From: a virus
Taxonomy: Duplodnaviria > Caudoviricetes
Strand: one strand, 5' to 3'
Length of the DNA: 59,687 nt
Virus record (IMG/VR): IMGVR_UViG_3300033153_007620
Coordinates: 1 to 59,687 of that record
Shown one piece after another: positions 28,588-37,975 of this stretch. Every line of letters begins with the position of its first letter. Position 1 is the first letter of the stretch. Below the pieces are notes generated by a model. The model was not told the origin of the DNA. It saw nothing but the letters and a program-made list of their open reading frames with translations, and did no database searches. Position numbers and translations under genes: made by a program.

Positions 28588-29120
28588 AAATGAAAGAAGA
28601 AAGAGTTTTTAAACCAGAGATGTGGAAGGAAGGTATATTAGAACATATAACAAAGACACCGGGGGTATTACGTTATGGCACTAAAGTTGGAAAATTAAGA
28701 AAAGCAAATAAAGTTATCATTGCCAACGAAGTACTCATAGATACTCTGGAAAGAATAATAGCGGTACAAGACATACCACTTGTATTTGAAGAAAAATGTA
28801 GAGTTATAGCTCATAAGATGGTAGTCTCATTCAGAGATCACATTCACCGTTCATTGAGAATAAATACGTATGTATTTAAATATAAATTCAAATATAAATT
28901 TAAATATATGTATGAAATAAACAGCGTAACTATAGCACAAATAGCAGATAATGAATTTGCTATGGAAGTTCACTATGATTTTGCGATGAAAAGAAAGAGA
29001 TCTTTCCTTGGTCTTTTTAATACAAGTATAGAAGAAAAGTTGCAGAAAATAGATGAAATTCCTGATACCACTAAACGCAGGGATAAATTAAAGAAGTACA
29101 TGGATAAGTACGCAGTTTAG
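28584..29120 (+). CDS. Hypothetical protein with capsid-like N-terminus and scaffold-like C-terminal motif
   Basis: FKPEMW..I (cf. capsid FKPTIW..I); ends LQKIDEIPDTTKRRDKLKKYM. Confidence 0.6.
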   Translation: MKMKEERVFKPEMWKEGILEHITKTPGVLRYGTKVGKLRKANKVIIANEVLIDTLERIIAVQDIPLVFEEKCRVIAHKMVVSFRDHIHRSLRINTYVFKYKFKYKFKYMYEINSVTIAQIADNEFAMEVHYDFAMKRKRSFLGLFNTSIEEKLQKIDEIPDTTKRRDKLKKYMDKYAV

Positions 29121-29144
29121 ATATAATAAGTAAAGGAAGTACAG

Positions 29145-29912
29145 ATGAGAAAAGTGACATTAGAAGAATTTAAAAGTTGGAATCCTACAGAAGAATTATT
29201 AGAATTTTTTATTATAAATAATTTTGATAATTTTGATTTTGATATGATTGACAACATTGGAATGGATGATGGATGGTATATTAGAGATTTGAGTGAATTG
29301 TCTAAAGTAAAAAGAAAGTTTGATGTTCATGGAAAAATAATTAGAGAGGAATACCCAGATATGGTATTTTTGAATCATTATGATAAACATGGATACATAA
29401 TAGAGGAATTGGTTGCTACAAACAGATATCGTATTTTTGAGTATGATGACAAAGGCTCCTGCCGAGTTACATATCCAGAAGGATATATGATTGTCAAAGA
29501 TTTATCAGAAATTTTTAGGAATAATGGGTATACTCGTTATCCTATGAAAGCTCATGTTGATACAAATAGAGTTTATGAATATGATTCTACAGGTAATATA
29601 ATAAAATCTATTTACTTGCCAAAATGCACCATTACTGAATATAAAATTGAATACAATAATGGCACTATTTCTTCTATAAAAAAAGTACATAGTGGAAAAA
29701 GTATAGATTTAAACGATATAGATGAAATAAAAGAAAATACCTTACGAGAGCTTATTCTAGCAACATATAATTATAGATGCGATGAAGAGAAAGATAGGAT
29801 TTCCAAAATACAAAAAGAGGATCTACAGAAGATCAATAATATCGAAGATACTGTTGTACGCAGGGAGGAACTAAAGAAATATATGAACGAACACGCCTGT
29901 TCAGAATACTGA
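29145..29912 (+). CDS. YD/RHS-like repeat protein with scaffold-like C-terminal motif
   Basis: YDKHGYIIEE, FEYDDKG, YEYDSTGNIIK; ends LQKINNIEDTVVRREELKKYM. Confidence 0.6.
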   Translation: MRKVTLEEFKSWNPTEELLEFFIINNFDNFDFDMIDNIGMDDGWYIRDLSELSKVKRKFDVHGKIIREEYPDMVFLNHYDKHGYIIEELVATNRYRIFEYDDKGSCRVTYPEGYMIVKDLSEIFRNNGYTRYPMKAHVDTNRVYEYDSTGNIIKSIYLPKCTITEYKIEYNNGTISSIKKVHSGKSIDLNDIDEIKENTLRELILATYNYRCDEEKDRISKIQKEDLQKINNIEDTVVRREELKKYMNEHACSEY

Positions 29913-29993
29913 GTAAATGGATAAACAATAACTTTCTTTCTCTTATGCTAGAACGATGGTTATGTACTATTAGGAGAAAGAAAGGTTATTATG
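29905..29993 (+). promoter_or_regulatory. HNH leader copy B (degenerate): minigene MDKQ and RBS hairpin
   Basis: AATACT-6-ATGGATAAACAATAA; stem AATAACTTTCTTTCTCTT/AGGAGAAAGAAAGGTTATT. Confidence 0.65.
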
Positions 29994-31160
29994 GGAAAGA
30001 GTAAATGGAAGATAGACGAGTATGGAAGACAGTGTACTAAATGTGGAGAATATAAATTATGGGAAGAATTTGGTAAAAGTAAAAGAGGAGTACAGGGATA
30101 TAAATGCCAATGTAAATCTTGTAGAAACCAAAAAAGTGCAAAAAAACGAAGGGATATAGGTATTAAAATAAGTACCAAATGGAAAATAGATGAGCATGGC
30201 AGGGAATGTGCTTGTTGTAAGAAATATAAATCGTGGGATAACTTTACTAAATCAAAATCAAGGAGAACTGGTTATTCTAGTACATGTAGAGTTTGTAATA
30301 ATAAAATTCAAATGAGGAAAAGAAGAAATACTGGAGTTCAAATAAGGCATGTATATAAAATAGATGATAAAGGTAGAGAATGTACTGTTTGTGGTGTTTA
30401 TAAGTTATACGATGAGTTTTCTCCAAGTAAAAAGGGTATGTATGGATACCAAAGCAAATGCAGATTCTGTGTAAATAAAATGGGAATACAACAAAGAAGA
30501 GTGGAAGGGATTATAGCAAGACCAAAATACTATATGGATACTAACGGTAGATACTGTAGTAAATGTAAACAATACAAAGTATGGAAAAATTTTAATAAAG
30601 ATAATAAAGATAATAAAGGTATAAATGAATATGGGAGTATATGTAAATCATGTAAAGCAAAAAGAAGTGCACAATATCATAAACAAAATAAAGAAATTAT
30701 AGCAAAGAAAGGAGCCAAATGGCGTAGAGAAAATAAAGAACACATAAAAGAACGTCAGAAGATTAGACTTCAAAATGACCCAGAGTATAAACTGACAAGA
30801 AAGCTTCGTAGTAGAGTACGTAGTGCTATAAAAGCTCAAAACACTAAAAAGTCCGGTCACACAATGAAGCTCATTGGTTGCTCTCCAAAATTCCTTATTA
30901 ACCATTTTAATACTGCAGCTTCTAATGGTTTAAAATTTGGAAACAAAGACATAGAAGTGGATCACATCATTCCCTGTATATCATTTAATTTATCTGATGA
31001 ATTAGAACAATACATTTGTTTTAACTGGAGAAATCAGCAATTACTAACAGCGTTTGATAATCGGTCTAAACATGATACACCTCCTGATAATGTCGAAGAA
31101 TTATATAATGACATAAAAGAGCATGTCTTAAAAGACAATCCTCATTTAATTATAAATTAA
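29991..31160 (+). CDS. HNH homing endonuclease with 4 Zn modules
   Basis: VDHIIPCISFNL..CFNWRNQQLL..DN.SK. Confidence 0.8.
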   Translation: MGKSKWKIDEYGRQCTKCGEYKLWEEFGKSKRGVQGYKCQCKSCRNQKSAKKRRDIGIKISTKWKIDEHGRECACCKKYKSWDNFTKSKSRRTGYSSTCRVCNNKIQMRKRRNTGVQIRHVYKIDDKGRECTVCGVYKLYDEFSPSKKGMYGYQSKCRFCVNKMGIQQRRVEGIIARPKYYMDTNGRYCSKCKQYKVWKNFNKDNKDNKGINEYGSICKSCKAKRSAQYHKQNKEIIAKKGAKWRRENKEHIKERQKIRLQNDPEYKLTRKLRSRVRSAIKAQNTKKSGHTMKLIGCSPKFLINHFNTAASNGLKFGNKDIEVDHIIPCISFNLSDELEQYICFNWRNQQLLTAFDNRSKHDTPPDNVEELYNDIKEHVLKDNPHLIIN

Positions 31161-31311
31161 AATCGCGCTCACACCTCTGAATCTACGTTCAAGTGTGAGT
31201 CTTCTATTTAAAAATTTATTTAAAAACTCCCCCACCCCGACATTCAATCACAATGTAGGGATTTTCCTATTCAAATCCTCCTCTCTAAGTACTCTATATC
31301 GTTTCTTATAA

Positions 31312-31346
31312 ATCCGTGTGAACATATACGATATCCATGCTATACT
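31312..31346 (+). promoter_or_regulatory. Putative late promoter (shared with 17474-17508)
   Basis: ATCCGTGTGAACATATACGA..TGCTATACT upstream of scaffold. Confidence 0.5.
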
Positions 31347-31493
31347 ATTAATAGGTTAAAGAAAAAAACAATTATTTTCAGTAGAAATTTTGTTCCTTTA
31401 ACTATCAATTCTCAAATTCAGCAGTAGCTGGAAAATATAAAAACAATTTTTAATTCTCTTATTATTTATGAGAGACAAAATTTACAGGAGTAA

Positions 31494-32288
31494 ATGATGG
31501 GTTATTTTGATGAAGTAGTGATGCCCTCTTTGAAAGAAGGTAGTGATGTAGGTGTCCTTAAGACAGGATTTGATGAGTATGTGTCAAAACAAAATGAGGA
31601 GTTTTCAAAAGGGTTGCGGGAAAATCGTGACACGATCTTGGATGAGAAGAAAACTTTAGCAGGACAGTATAAAGATGTTCAGGAGAAGTATGCTTTCCTA
31701 GATGGAAAGGAATTCAATGCCGAAGCATACAATAAGTTAAACTCTGATTTAGAATCTTATCAGGCAAGTGCCAACAAAAATGAGGAAGAATTCAGACAGC
31801 AGTTAACAGATCAGTATGAGAAAGGTAAGAAATCTTATGAAGAAACTATTACCCCTACAATTAATTCCCTTAACCTTAAATTAGAAGAATCTAATAATCT
31901 GAGGGATGATTACCAGACTAAGTATAAAAATTACTTAAAAGACAGTGCGCTTAGACAGTCTCTTGCCAGAATAGGTGCTGAACCAGATGAGTTCTGGTTT
32001 GAAGGTTTTAAACAATCAGCAAAAGTTGATTATGATGAAGCTGGAGGCATTAAAGGTATTTCCATTAAACATGATGGAGGATACATTCCCCGTGAAGATT
32101 GGGAAAAGATTTTTCCAACAACTGATCGTGGAAAGAAAATGATCAAAACTTTGATCAACACTGGGATGGGAGCAACTGGAAGTGGAACTGGAAAAGGTGG
32201 AGCAACTACACTCGAAGACATAAATAGTATTGAAGATGCTACTGCACGAAGAGCTGCATTAGCTAAATACATGGAAGGTAAAAGTTAA
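31494..32288 (+). CDS. Capsid scaffolding protein
   Basis: Coiled-coil, Gly-rich linker (GMGATGSGTGKGG), short C-terminal helix pair; directly before capsid gene. Confidence 0.75.
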   Translation: MMGYFDEVVMPSLKEGSDVGVLKTGFDEYVSKQNEEFSKGLRENRDTILDEKKTLAGQYKDVQEKYAFLDGKEFNAEAYNKLNSDLESYQASANKNEEEFRQQLTDQYEKGKKSYEETITPTINSLNLKLEESNNLRDDYQTKYKNYLKDSALRQSLARIGAEPDEFWFEGFKQSAKVDYDEAGGIKGISIKHDGGYIPREDWEKIFPTTDRGKKMIKTLINTGMGATGSGTGKGGATTLEDINSIEDATARRAALAKYMEGKS

Positions 32289-32335
32289 TAACTTTTATTA
32301 TAATAATTCAAACAAACAACGAAGGAGGCCATTAT

Positions 32336-33175
32336 ATGGCAATCGACAATTTTAAACCGACCATTTGGTCAGATCTTATTTTTATGGAGTATGATAAATC
32401 TCTTGTATTTGCTCCTCTTATGAATCGTGATTATGAAGGCGAAATTCAGGGTGGTGGAGATAAAGTAAAAATCAATGAGATCGGAGATGTGACAACTAAT
32501 ACTTATTCTGGTACTGTTAACTATGAAGATCCCAAAGATGCTTCTAAATTTCTTCTTATAGACCAGCAGAAATATGCTGCTGTAACTGTAGAAGATATTG
32601 ATCAGGCACAGGCAAAACCTAAAGTTATGGGAAAAATTGCAAATAGAATCGGATTTTCTCTTGCAGAAGATATGGATACCTATCTTGCAACTCTAGCTGA
32701 TGAAGCTGGACTTACGACTGATTTAGGTACCACAGGTACTCCTCTTTCTGTAACATCAGGGACAGTAACTAATGTTCTTTCTCAGGTTGCACAACAGATG
32801 GATGAAGCAAATAACCCACAGGGTGGCAGAATAGCTGTCGTTCCTCCTTGGTTTGGGCAGAAACTTACTTTGGCAAAAATCACAAAAGACACCAATAACA
32901 GTGAAACACTGACTACTGGTTATATTGGGACTTATTATGGCTTTGACATTTACCAGAGTAATAACATTTCTCATAGTGGGACAACTTGGTATAAACCTAT
33001 GTTCTTCCTTAGAAATGATTCTATTGCATTTGCTGAACAGCTTATGAAAACAGAAGCCATGAGATCTGAAACTGCTTTTGCAGATAGACTTAGAAGCTTG
33101 GCTGTATATGGAGCCAAAGTAACAAGACCTAATTCTCTTGCAGTTGTAGTATGTGCTGCTGGAGCAGAATCTTAA
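32336..33175 (+). CDS. Major capsid protein (P22 coat-like HK97 fold)
   Basis: FKPTIWS..NRDYEGEI..GDKVKI..LLIDQQKY..VEDID; FADRLRSLAVYGAKVTRP. Confidence 0.9.
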   Translation: MAIDNFKPTIWSDLIFMEYDKSLVFAPLMNRDYEGEIQGGGDKVKINEIGDVTTNTYSGTVNYEDPKDASKFLLIDQQKYAAVTVEDIDQAQAKPKVMGKIANRIGFSLAEDMDTYLATLADEAGLTTDLGTTGTPLSVTSGTVTNVLSQVAQQMDEANNPQGGRIAVVPPWFGQKLTLAKITKDTNNSETLTTGYIGTYYGFDIYQSNNISHSGTTWYKPMFFLRNDSIAFAEQLMKTEAMRSETAFADRLRSLAVYGAKVTRPNSLAVVVCAAGAES

Positions 33176-33190
33176 TAAAAGGATTTATTA

Positions 33191-33412
33191 ATGGCAAAAG
33201 CTAAGAAAGAATCTACAGCAGAAAATAAACCTGCTGTAGAGGTTAAAGAAAAGAAGATTGAACCAAAAGTGGAGAAAGTTATTAAACCAGAAGTTCAGGA
33301 AAAGGTGGAAGAGCCTAAACTTAAAAAAGAAAAGTCTCCTTGTGATGACTGTTCTATAGTATTTGATAGTGCTCCTTGTAAAAGTTGTGTTATCTACAAA
33401 CGAAAAAAATAA
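33191..33412 (+). CDS. Small K/E/P-rich protein with CxxC pair
   Basis: ORF with SD after capsid gene. Confidence 0.55.
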   Translation: MAKAKKESTAENKPAVEVKEKKIEPKVEKVIKPEVQEKVEEPKLKKEKSPCDDCSIVFDSAPCKSCVIYKRKK

Positions 33413-33426
33413 ATGGAGGTCTTTAA

Positions 33427-33789
33427 ATGGCTAGAAGTGCAGTAACCGTTGTAGATGTATTAAAATACAATACAGCGTATGATATTACCCCCGATGCAAT
33501 CGATCTTGCAAATGATCACGAAATTGATATTTCCAATATCAAAGATGATCTTTTCATGGTTATGATTGAAAATACCAGTACTGAGGTAGGTACAGCAACA
33601 TTTATTGCTAGTCCTTTTAATTCTGAAAGTGGACAGGGCGATCTTGAAGTTGCTATTGGTAATAGTGAGATTAAAGTCATTACTCTTGAATCTGCAAGAT
33701 TTAAAGGTTCTGATGGATTACTACTGATTGACATGGCATCTGCAGCGTCTTTAACTGGTAGAATTTTCGCATCTGAACTACCTAAGTAA
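33427..33789 (+). CDS. Putative capsid decoration protein
   Basis: Beta-rich, GQGDL..LESARF motif, position. Confidence 0.5.
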   Translation: MARSAVTVVDVLKYNTAYDITPDAIDLANDHEIDISNIKDDLFMVMIENTSTEVGTATFIASPFNSESGQGDLEVAIGNSEIKVITLESARFKGSDGLLLIDMASAASLTGRIFASELPK

Positions 33790-33799
33790 AGGAATAAAA

Positions 33800-34405
33800 A
33801 TGGATAAAAGTGTAGTCATTCTTGGAACTGGCATGACACTTTCTAAATTTGATAAAAGCGAACACAACAGCTCTGAAATATGGGCTGTTGGTTCTGCTTT
33901 TGAATTATTAAAGAATAAGGACATTAGTATTAATAAATATTTCTGTCTGCATAAGAATGAAAAATTAGACTACGGAGATATCATCGACCAAAATAATTAC
34001 CCATTACAATCGATTATTTCAAAATTCAATAGTAGGTTCTTTACAAACTCCATATCTTATATGATAGCATTTGCATTATATAATGATTTCAAAAAGATAT
34101 CATTATATGGCGTAGATATGGATTCTGAAAGTGAATACGCATTTGAGCGTTCTAGTGTAATGTATTGGGTAGGATTTGCAAAAGGATTGTCTACAGAAGT
34201 TTCAATAGCCTCTGATATTGACAATCCTATTTTTTTATATGGATTTGAGGATTATAGTATCTTATTGAAGAGACTTAAAGATAGAATGGATTATTCTTTA
34301 GAAATGGCAAAAGCCTATAAAGAAATTAAAGATGAAAAAAGAGCCGATCAATTTTTAGGTCAATACAACAACAATAAATATTGGCTTAGAGAATTGAGGG
34401 GGTAA
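33800..34405 (+). CDS. MptE/Maf/sialyltransferase-like Rossmann protein
   Basis: VVILGTG..EIWAVG..FTNSISYMIAFAL..KKISLYGVDM. Confidence 0.5.
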   Translation: MDKSVVILGTGMTLSKFDKSEHNSSEIWAVGSAFELLKNKDISINKYFCLHKNEKLDYGDIIDQNNYPLQSIISKFNSRFFTNSISYMIAFALYNDFKKISLYGVDMDSESEYAFERSSVMYWVGFAKGLSTEVSIASDIDNPIFLYGFEDYSILLKRLKDRMDYSLEMAKAYKEIKDEKRADQFLGQYNNNKYWLRELRG

Positions 34406-34406
34406 T

Positions 34407-35192
34407 ATGGCAGAAACAAATAAAACTACAAATAATATTAATAAACTATTAAATTTATTGCTTGGAACACCAAGTGCTTCTACATCATATATAAATAAAT
34501 TTGGAGAACAAGTAGATGTAGATACTGCTGATACGGCAGGAGCATTAACACAAGTTATATGGCCTATAAAAAGAACAGTGCAGGATTACCCATTTATTGA
34601 TTCCCCCATAGCTTTGACTATACAGTCAGATAGTGCTAATGATACAGAATTAGGGACAGGAGCAAGGACAGTAGAGGTATTTTACCATGATCTTAATGGG
34701 GAATCTCAAATGGTCATTTTGACTTTGTTAGGAGCCACACCTATGCCATTGCCAACAAATTCTTATGGTGTATTTCGTATAAAAGTAAAAACATCAGGGA
34801 CATCAGAAACAAATGAAGGTACCATTACTGTTGTCAATGGTGGCACCACATATGCATTGGTATTAGTAGGAGAAGGGCAAACACAAATGGCTGTTCAGAG
34901 AGTACCAAATAACATAGTTTCTGCTACTGTGAAATATGCTAGAGTAACCTATGCCAGAACTGGAAATAACAACTTAGCTAGTTTACGATTAAAAGTGCGT
35001 ACAGCAAATGGCACAAAATTAACTAAACTAAATGTCAATCTTGTATCAACTGGTTTGACTGATTTTGAAAGAGTTTATGAAATTGGTGGAATTACGTTAG
35101 AAGCAGGGGATTGGGTATACTGGGAATGCACAAGCGTTTCTGCAAATGATACTCCCATAGCAGGATATTTTGATATTATAGAAAATGTATAG
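34407..35192 (+). CDS. Virion structural protein (beta-rich)
   Basis: INKFG..DVD; SDSANDT..GTGARTV. Confidence 0.55.
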   Translation: MAETNKTTNNINKLLNLLLGTPSASTSYINKFGEQVDVDTADTAGALTQVIWPIKRTVQDYPFIDSPIALTIQSDSANDTELGTGARTVEVFYHDLNGESQMVILTLLGATPMPLPTNSYGVFRIKVKTSGTSETNEGTITVVNGGTTYALVLVGEGQTQMAVQRVPNNIVSATVKYARVTYARTGNNNLASLRLKVRTANGTKLTKLNVNLVSTGLTDFERVYEIGGITLEAGDWVYWECTSVSANDTPIAGYFDIIENV

Positions 35193-35201
35193 GGGGATGT
35201 T

Positions 35202-35519
35202 ATGTCAGAAACATATAAAACTACAAATAACATTGAAACACTAACAACAGCATTATCGTCCACCCAATATGCTTTACATAGTGTAATTACAGATTCCGAT
35301 TCTTTTCCTTATAGTACAATAGGAGATGAGATTATAGGAATTTCTATTTCAAATAATACATCTGCTGTTATTAGTATTGTTATTACAGATATAAATGATG
35401 CAGCTATAACTATTCCCATTTCTGGAAATAAGAATTTTGAATCTACAGTTACCGAGTTAAAAAGTATAAATACAAGTGCCACATCTAGTTTTAGTATAGC
35501 ATTGCTTGGGAGGATCTAA
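35202..35519 (+). CDS. Small virion protein
   Basis: S/T/I-rich; N-terminus shared with 34407. Confidence 0.5.
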   Translation: MSETYKTTNNIETLTTALSSTQYALHSVITDSDSFPYSTIGDEIIGISISNNTSAVISIVITDINDAAITIPISGNKNFESTVTELKSINTSATSSFSIALLGRI

Positions 35520-35520
35520 T

Positions 35521-37536
35521 ATGGGGTATACAGGCAATGGTACCGATGTCGGAACAATGATAAGATCATCCTCAACAGGGTGGCTTTCAGGTGGAGATAT
35601 ATCTGTAAATAGTGGTGATAACACTTTAATAGATTTAACAGCATTAGTAGGTGTGAAAGTAGATTCAACAACCGTTCCCACAATACCTACTGAAATACCA
35701 ATAATTAAAGATGCAGTGGTGGGATACGATTTAACCACACATGCTCCTGCTGGAGAATTAATTGTAATTTTTTTATCAGTAGATGAAAACGGAGATATTA
35801 AAGAAGATCTTGATCCTCCAGATGCCATACGGCGTAGAGATAGGATAATAATTGGATTAGTTGCTAGAGATGATGCTGATGTGATTGTTGTCCCGGTAGA
35901 TACTGCGTCAAATTTTATTCACAATCCAGTATCACAATTGCAGGATTTTCTTGAAACATGGGGTGGATTTTCAATTTCAGGAAATAAAGTTTCTGCTTAT
36001 TCTAATGATTTACGAATTAAAAAGGAAGCAGGATATTATTTTAAGAATGGTTCAAATGTTAAAAATAATCCAAAAAATCCACATGTAGTACCAGCAGATG
36101 TGAGAGATCCGATATCTTTATTTAACTACAAATTATCTGATGGTACAGATATAACACTAACGGCTACTCAGATAGATCCTGATATATGGGATGATGGCAC
36201 AGATACACCTGCAACAGTACCTGATGGGAAGTTTACGGTACAATTAATAACACAATTCGCCGAAGGAGTTGTAGAAGTATTCCCCGGCACAAAAGTATAT
36301 CATTTGTTATCAGAAGCTAAAGCAGCCTTACCTGCAATAGATCCCGATGTACAAAAAGCTGCAGATTCAGTAGCATCAATAAATCTTGAATTTCTAATAG
36401 TTAAAAAAGGAGCTACAAACCTAAACGATGAAACACAGGCAGAATTTTTCAGCCTATCAAAACGTGGGGCATTGGGTGGAATTGGATTTCAAAATCTTAA
36501 CTCTTCTGGTTTAGTATTTGATCCGGGGTTAACCGATCACGGAGATGGTTCAGTGTCAGTAGGGGCTGGTATTGTGAATCTCTACCAAACAGCAGATTTT
36601 ACAGATGATTTGAAGCAGTTCTCAATTAATGAATTTCTAAGACAAACAGGAACACATACAGGAACAGATGATCAGGCAGTACTAACCGACTCCACAGCCG
36701 ATTTTCCTGATCTTGTAAATATGACTATCTATAACACAACAGATGGGAGTTCTGGTTTAATAACCGCAATTACAGCAACTACAATTACAGCAACATTATC
36801 TGGTGGTACAGATAATGATTGGGATACAAATGATGCTTATACAGTCAAATTAACTGATTTAGATACAAATTATATTGTGGCAGATTATAATGGTGGAACA
36901 CCTCATTTTAGAAATACTCTAAATGTATTGGAAATAAATGAAAGTAATGTAGTACCTGCATATACAATTTATAGAGATGGTAATGCATTGCATACATTAA
37001 CGTGGGGACAAGTTGGTACAGGATTAGTTAATAAGCTTCATGCCAGAGTAGTATTTACAGATCGATTTGGGCATCAAACAGGATTGGCTTTAGGAGAAAC
37101 AGGAACACGAACTATTACAACCACATCTGGAATAGTTTGGGTTGGTGGCACAAAGACCAGTGTACTCGGTGCGAACTCAAGCACAGATATTACAGAATTC
37201 TGGTATAATGTTTCAGGGGTTTATACTAAATCTCTTGTTACTACATATAATAATACCAACTATGATGATGGTACAGATTTACAAGATTTACTGCCCAATA
37301 GATTTGCAGTGAATTTCGTTTATCAGGGAATAGAAACTGATGATGAGCATTTATATTACGTACTAGGTGGCGATGATTTTACAATAACAGAAGCAGTAGC
37401 ATCACAACCACCGGAAATTTTACCAGAAGTAATTAGAAGCCATGCAATGTTGGTAGGAAGAATTATAGTAGAAAACGGAGTTGATTTATCTGAGCAAATT
37501 AATCCCCCACTGGCATACAAAACAAAACAATTTTAA
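35521..37536 (+). CDS. Large virion fibre/appendage-like protein
   Basis: G/T/D-rich beta protein in head module. Confidence 0.55.
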   Translation: MGYTGNGTDVGTMIRSSSTGWLSGGDISVNSGDNTLIDLTALVGVKVDSTTVPTIPTEIPIIKDAVVGYDLTTHAPAGELIVIFLSVDENGDIKEDLDPPDAIRRRDRIIIGLVARDDADVIVVPVDTASNFIHNPVSQLQDFLETWGGFSISGNKVSAYSNDLRIKKEAGYYFKNGSNVKNNPKNPHVVPADVRDPISLFNYKLSDGTDITLTATQIDPDIWDDGTDTPATVPDGKFTVQLITQFAEGVVEVFPGTKVYHLLSEAKAALPAIDPDVQKAADSVASINLEFLIVKKGATNLNDETQAEFFSLSKRGALGGIGFQNLNSSGLVFDPGLTDHGDGSVSVGAGIVNLYQTADFTDDLKQFSINEFLRQTGTHTGTDDQAVLTDSTADFPDLVNMTIYNTTDGSSGLITAITATTITATLSGGTDNDWDTNDAYTVKLTDLDTNYIVADYNGGTPHFRNTLNVLEINESNVVPAYTIYRDGNALHTLTWGQVGTGLVNKLHARVVFTDRFGHQTGLALGETGTRTITTTSGIVWVGGTKTSVLGANSSTDITEFWYNVSGVYTKSLVTTYNNTNYDDGTDLQDLLPNRFAVNFVYQGIETDDEHLYYVLGGDDFTITEAVASQPPEILPEVIRSHAMLVGRIIVENGVDLSEQINPPLAYKTKQF

Positions 37537-37551
37537 ATATAGGAGTTATAA

Positions 37552-37758
37552 ATGGGTTATAAATGTATAAACTGTAATAGAATATTTGCAGTTAAGGGGC
37601 AACTATCAAATTGCAAATGTGGAAAAGGACTATTGAATTTTGAACAGGAAACTGTCAAAAAAGAAGTGGAAAAATTAGTATCTCAGGTGGATGCTGTTGC
37701 AAAAGCAAAGAAAAAAGAGAGTAAGAAAAAGCATGATATTGAAGAGAATGACATTTGA
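37552..37758 (+). CDS. Small Zn-ribbon protein
   Basis: YKCINC..CKCG. Confidence 0.5.
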   Translation: MGYKCINCNRIFAVKGQLSNCKCGKGLLNFEQETVKKEVEKLVSQVDAVAKAKKKESKKKHDIEENDI

Positions 37759-37777
37759 GATATAAAAGGAATGATAT

Positions 37778-37975
37778 ATGCCAATTTTTAGTATACATTT
37801 AACTGAAAAGTTAGATAAGAAAGAAACAGAAGAAATGTATAATGCTGTTGCAAAAGTAATAGCATTACACCAGAACTGCCCTACTTCAGCAGTAAGTGGA
37901 TTTATTGTCCCATTGGAATTATCCAATATAGGACAGGGAAATAAAACATGGCGGGAGATTTTAGATGAAACATAA
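37778..37975 (+). CDS. Hypothetical protein
   Basis: SD AAGGA, coupled to next gene. Confidence 0.45.
   Translation: MPIFSIHLTEKLDKKETEEMYNAVAKVIALHQNCPTSAVSGFIVPLELSNIGQGNKTWREILDET

Noticed and set aside
31160-31490. tRNA or riboswitch upstream of scaffold
   Set aside because: Only a simple hairpin (CTCACAC/GTGTGAG) and C-runs; no cloverleaf, T-loop or recognisable aptamer
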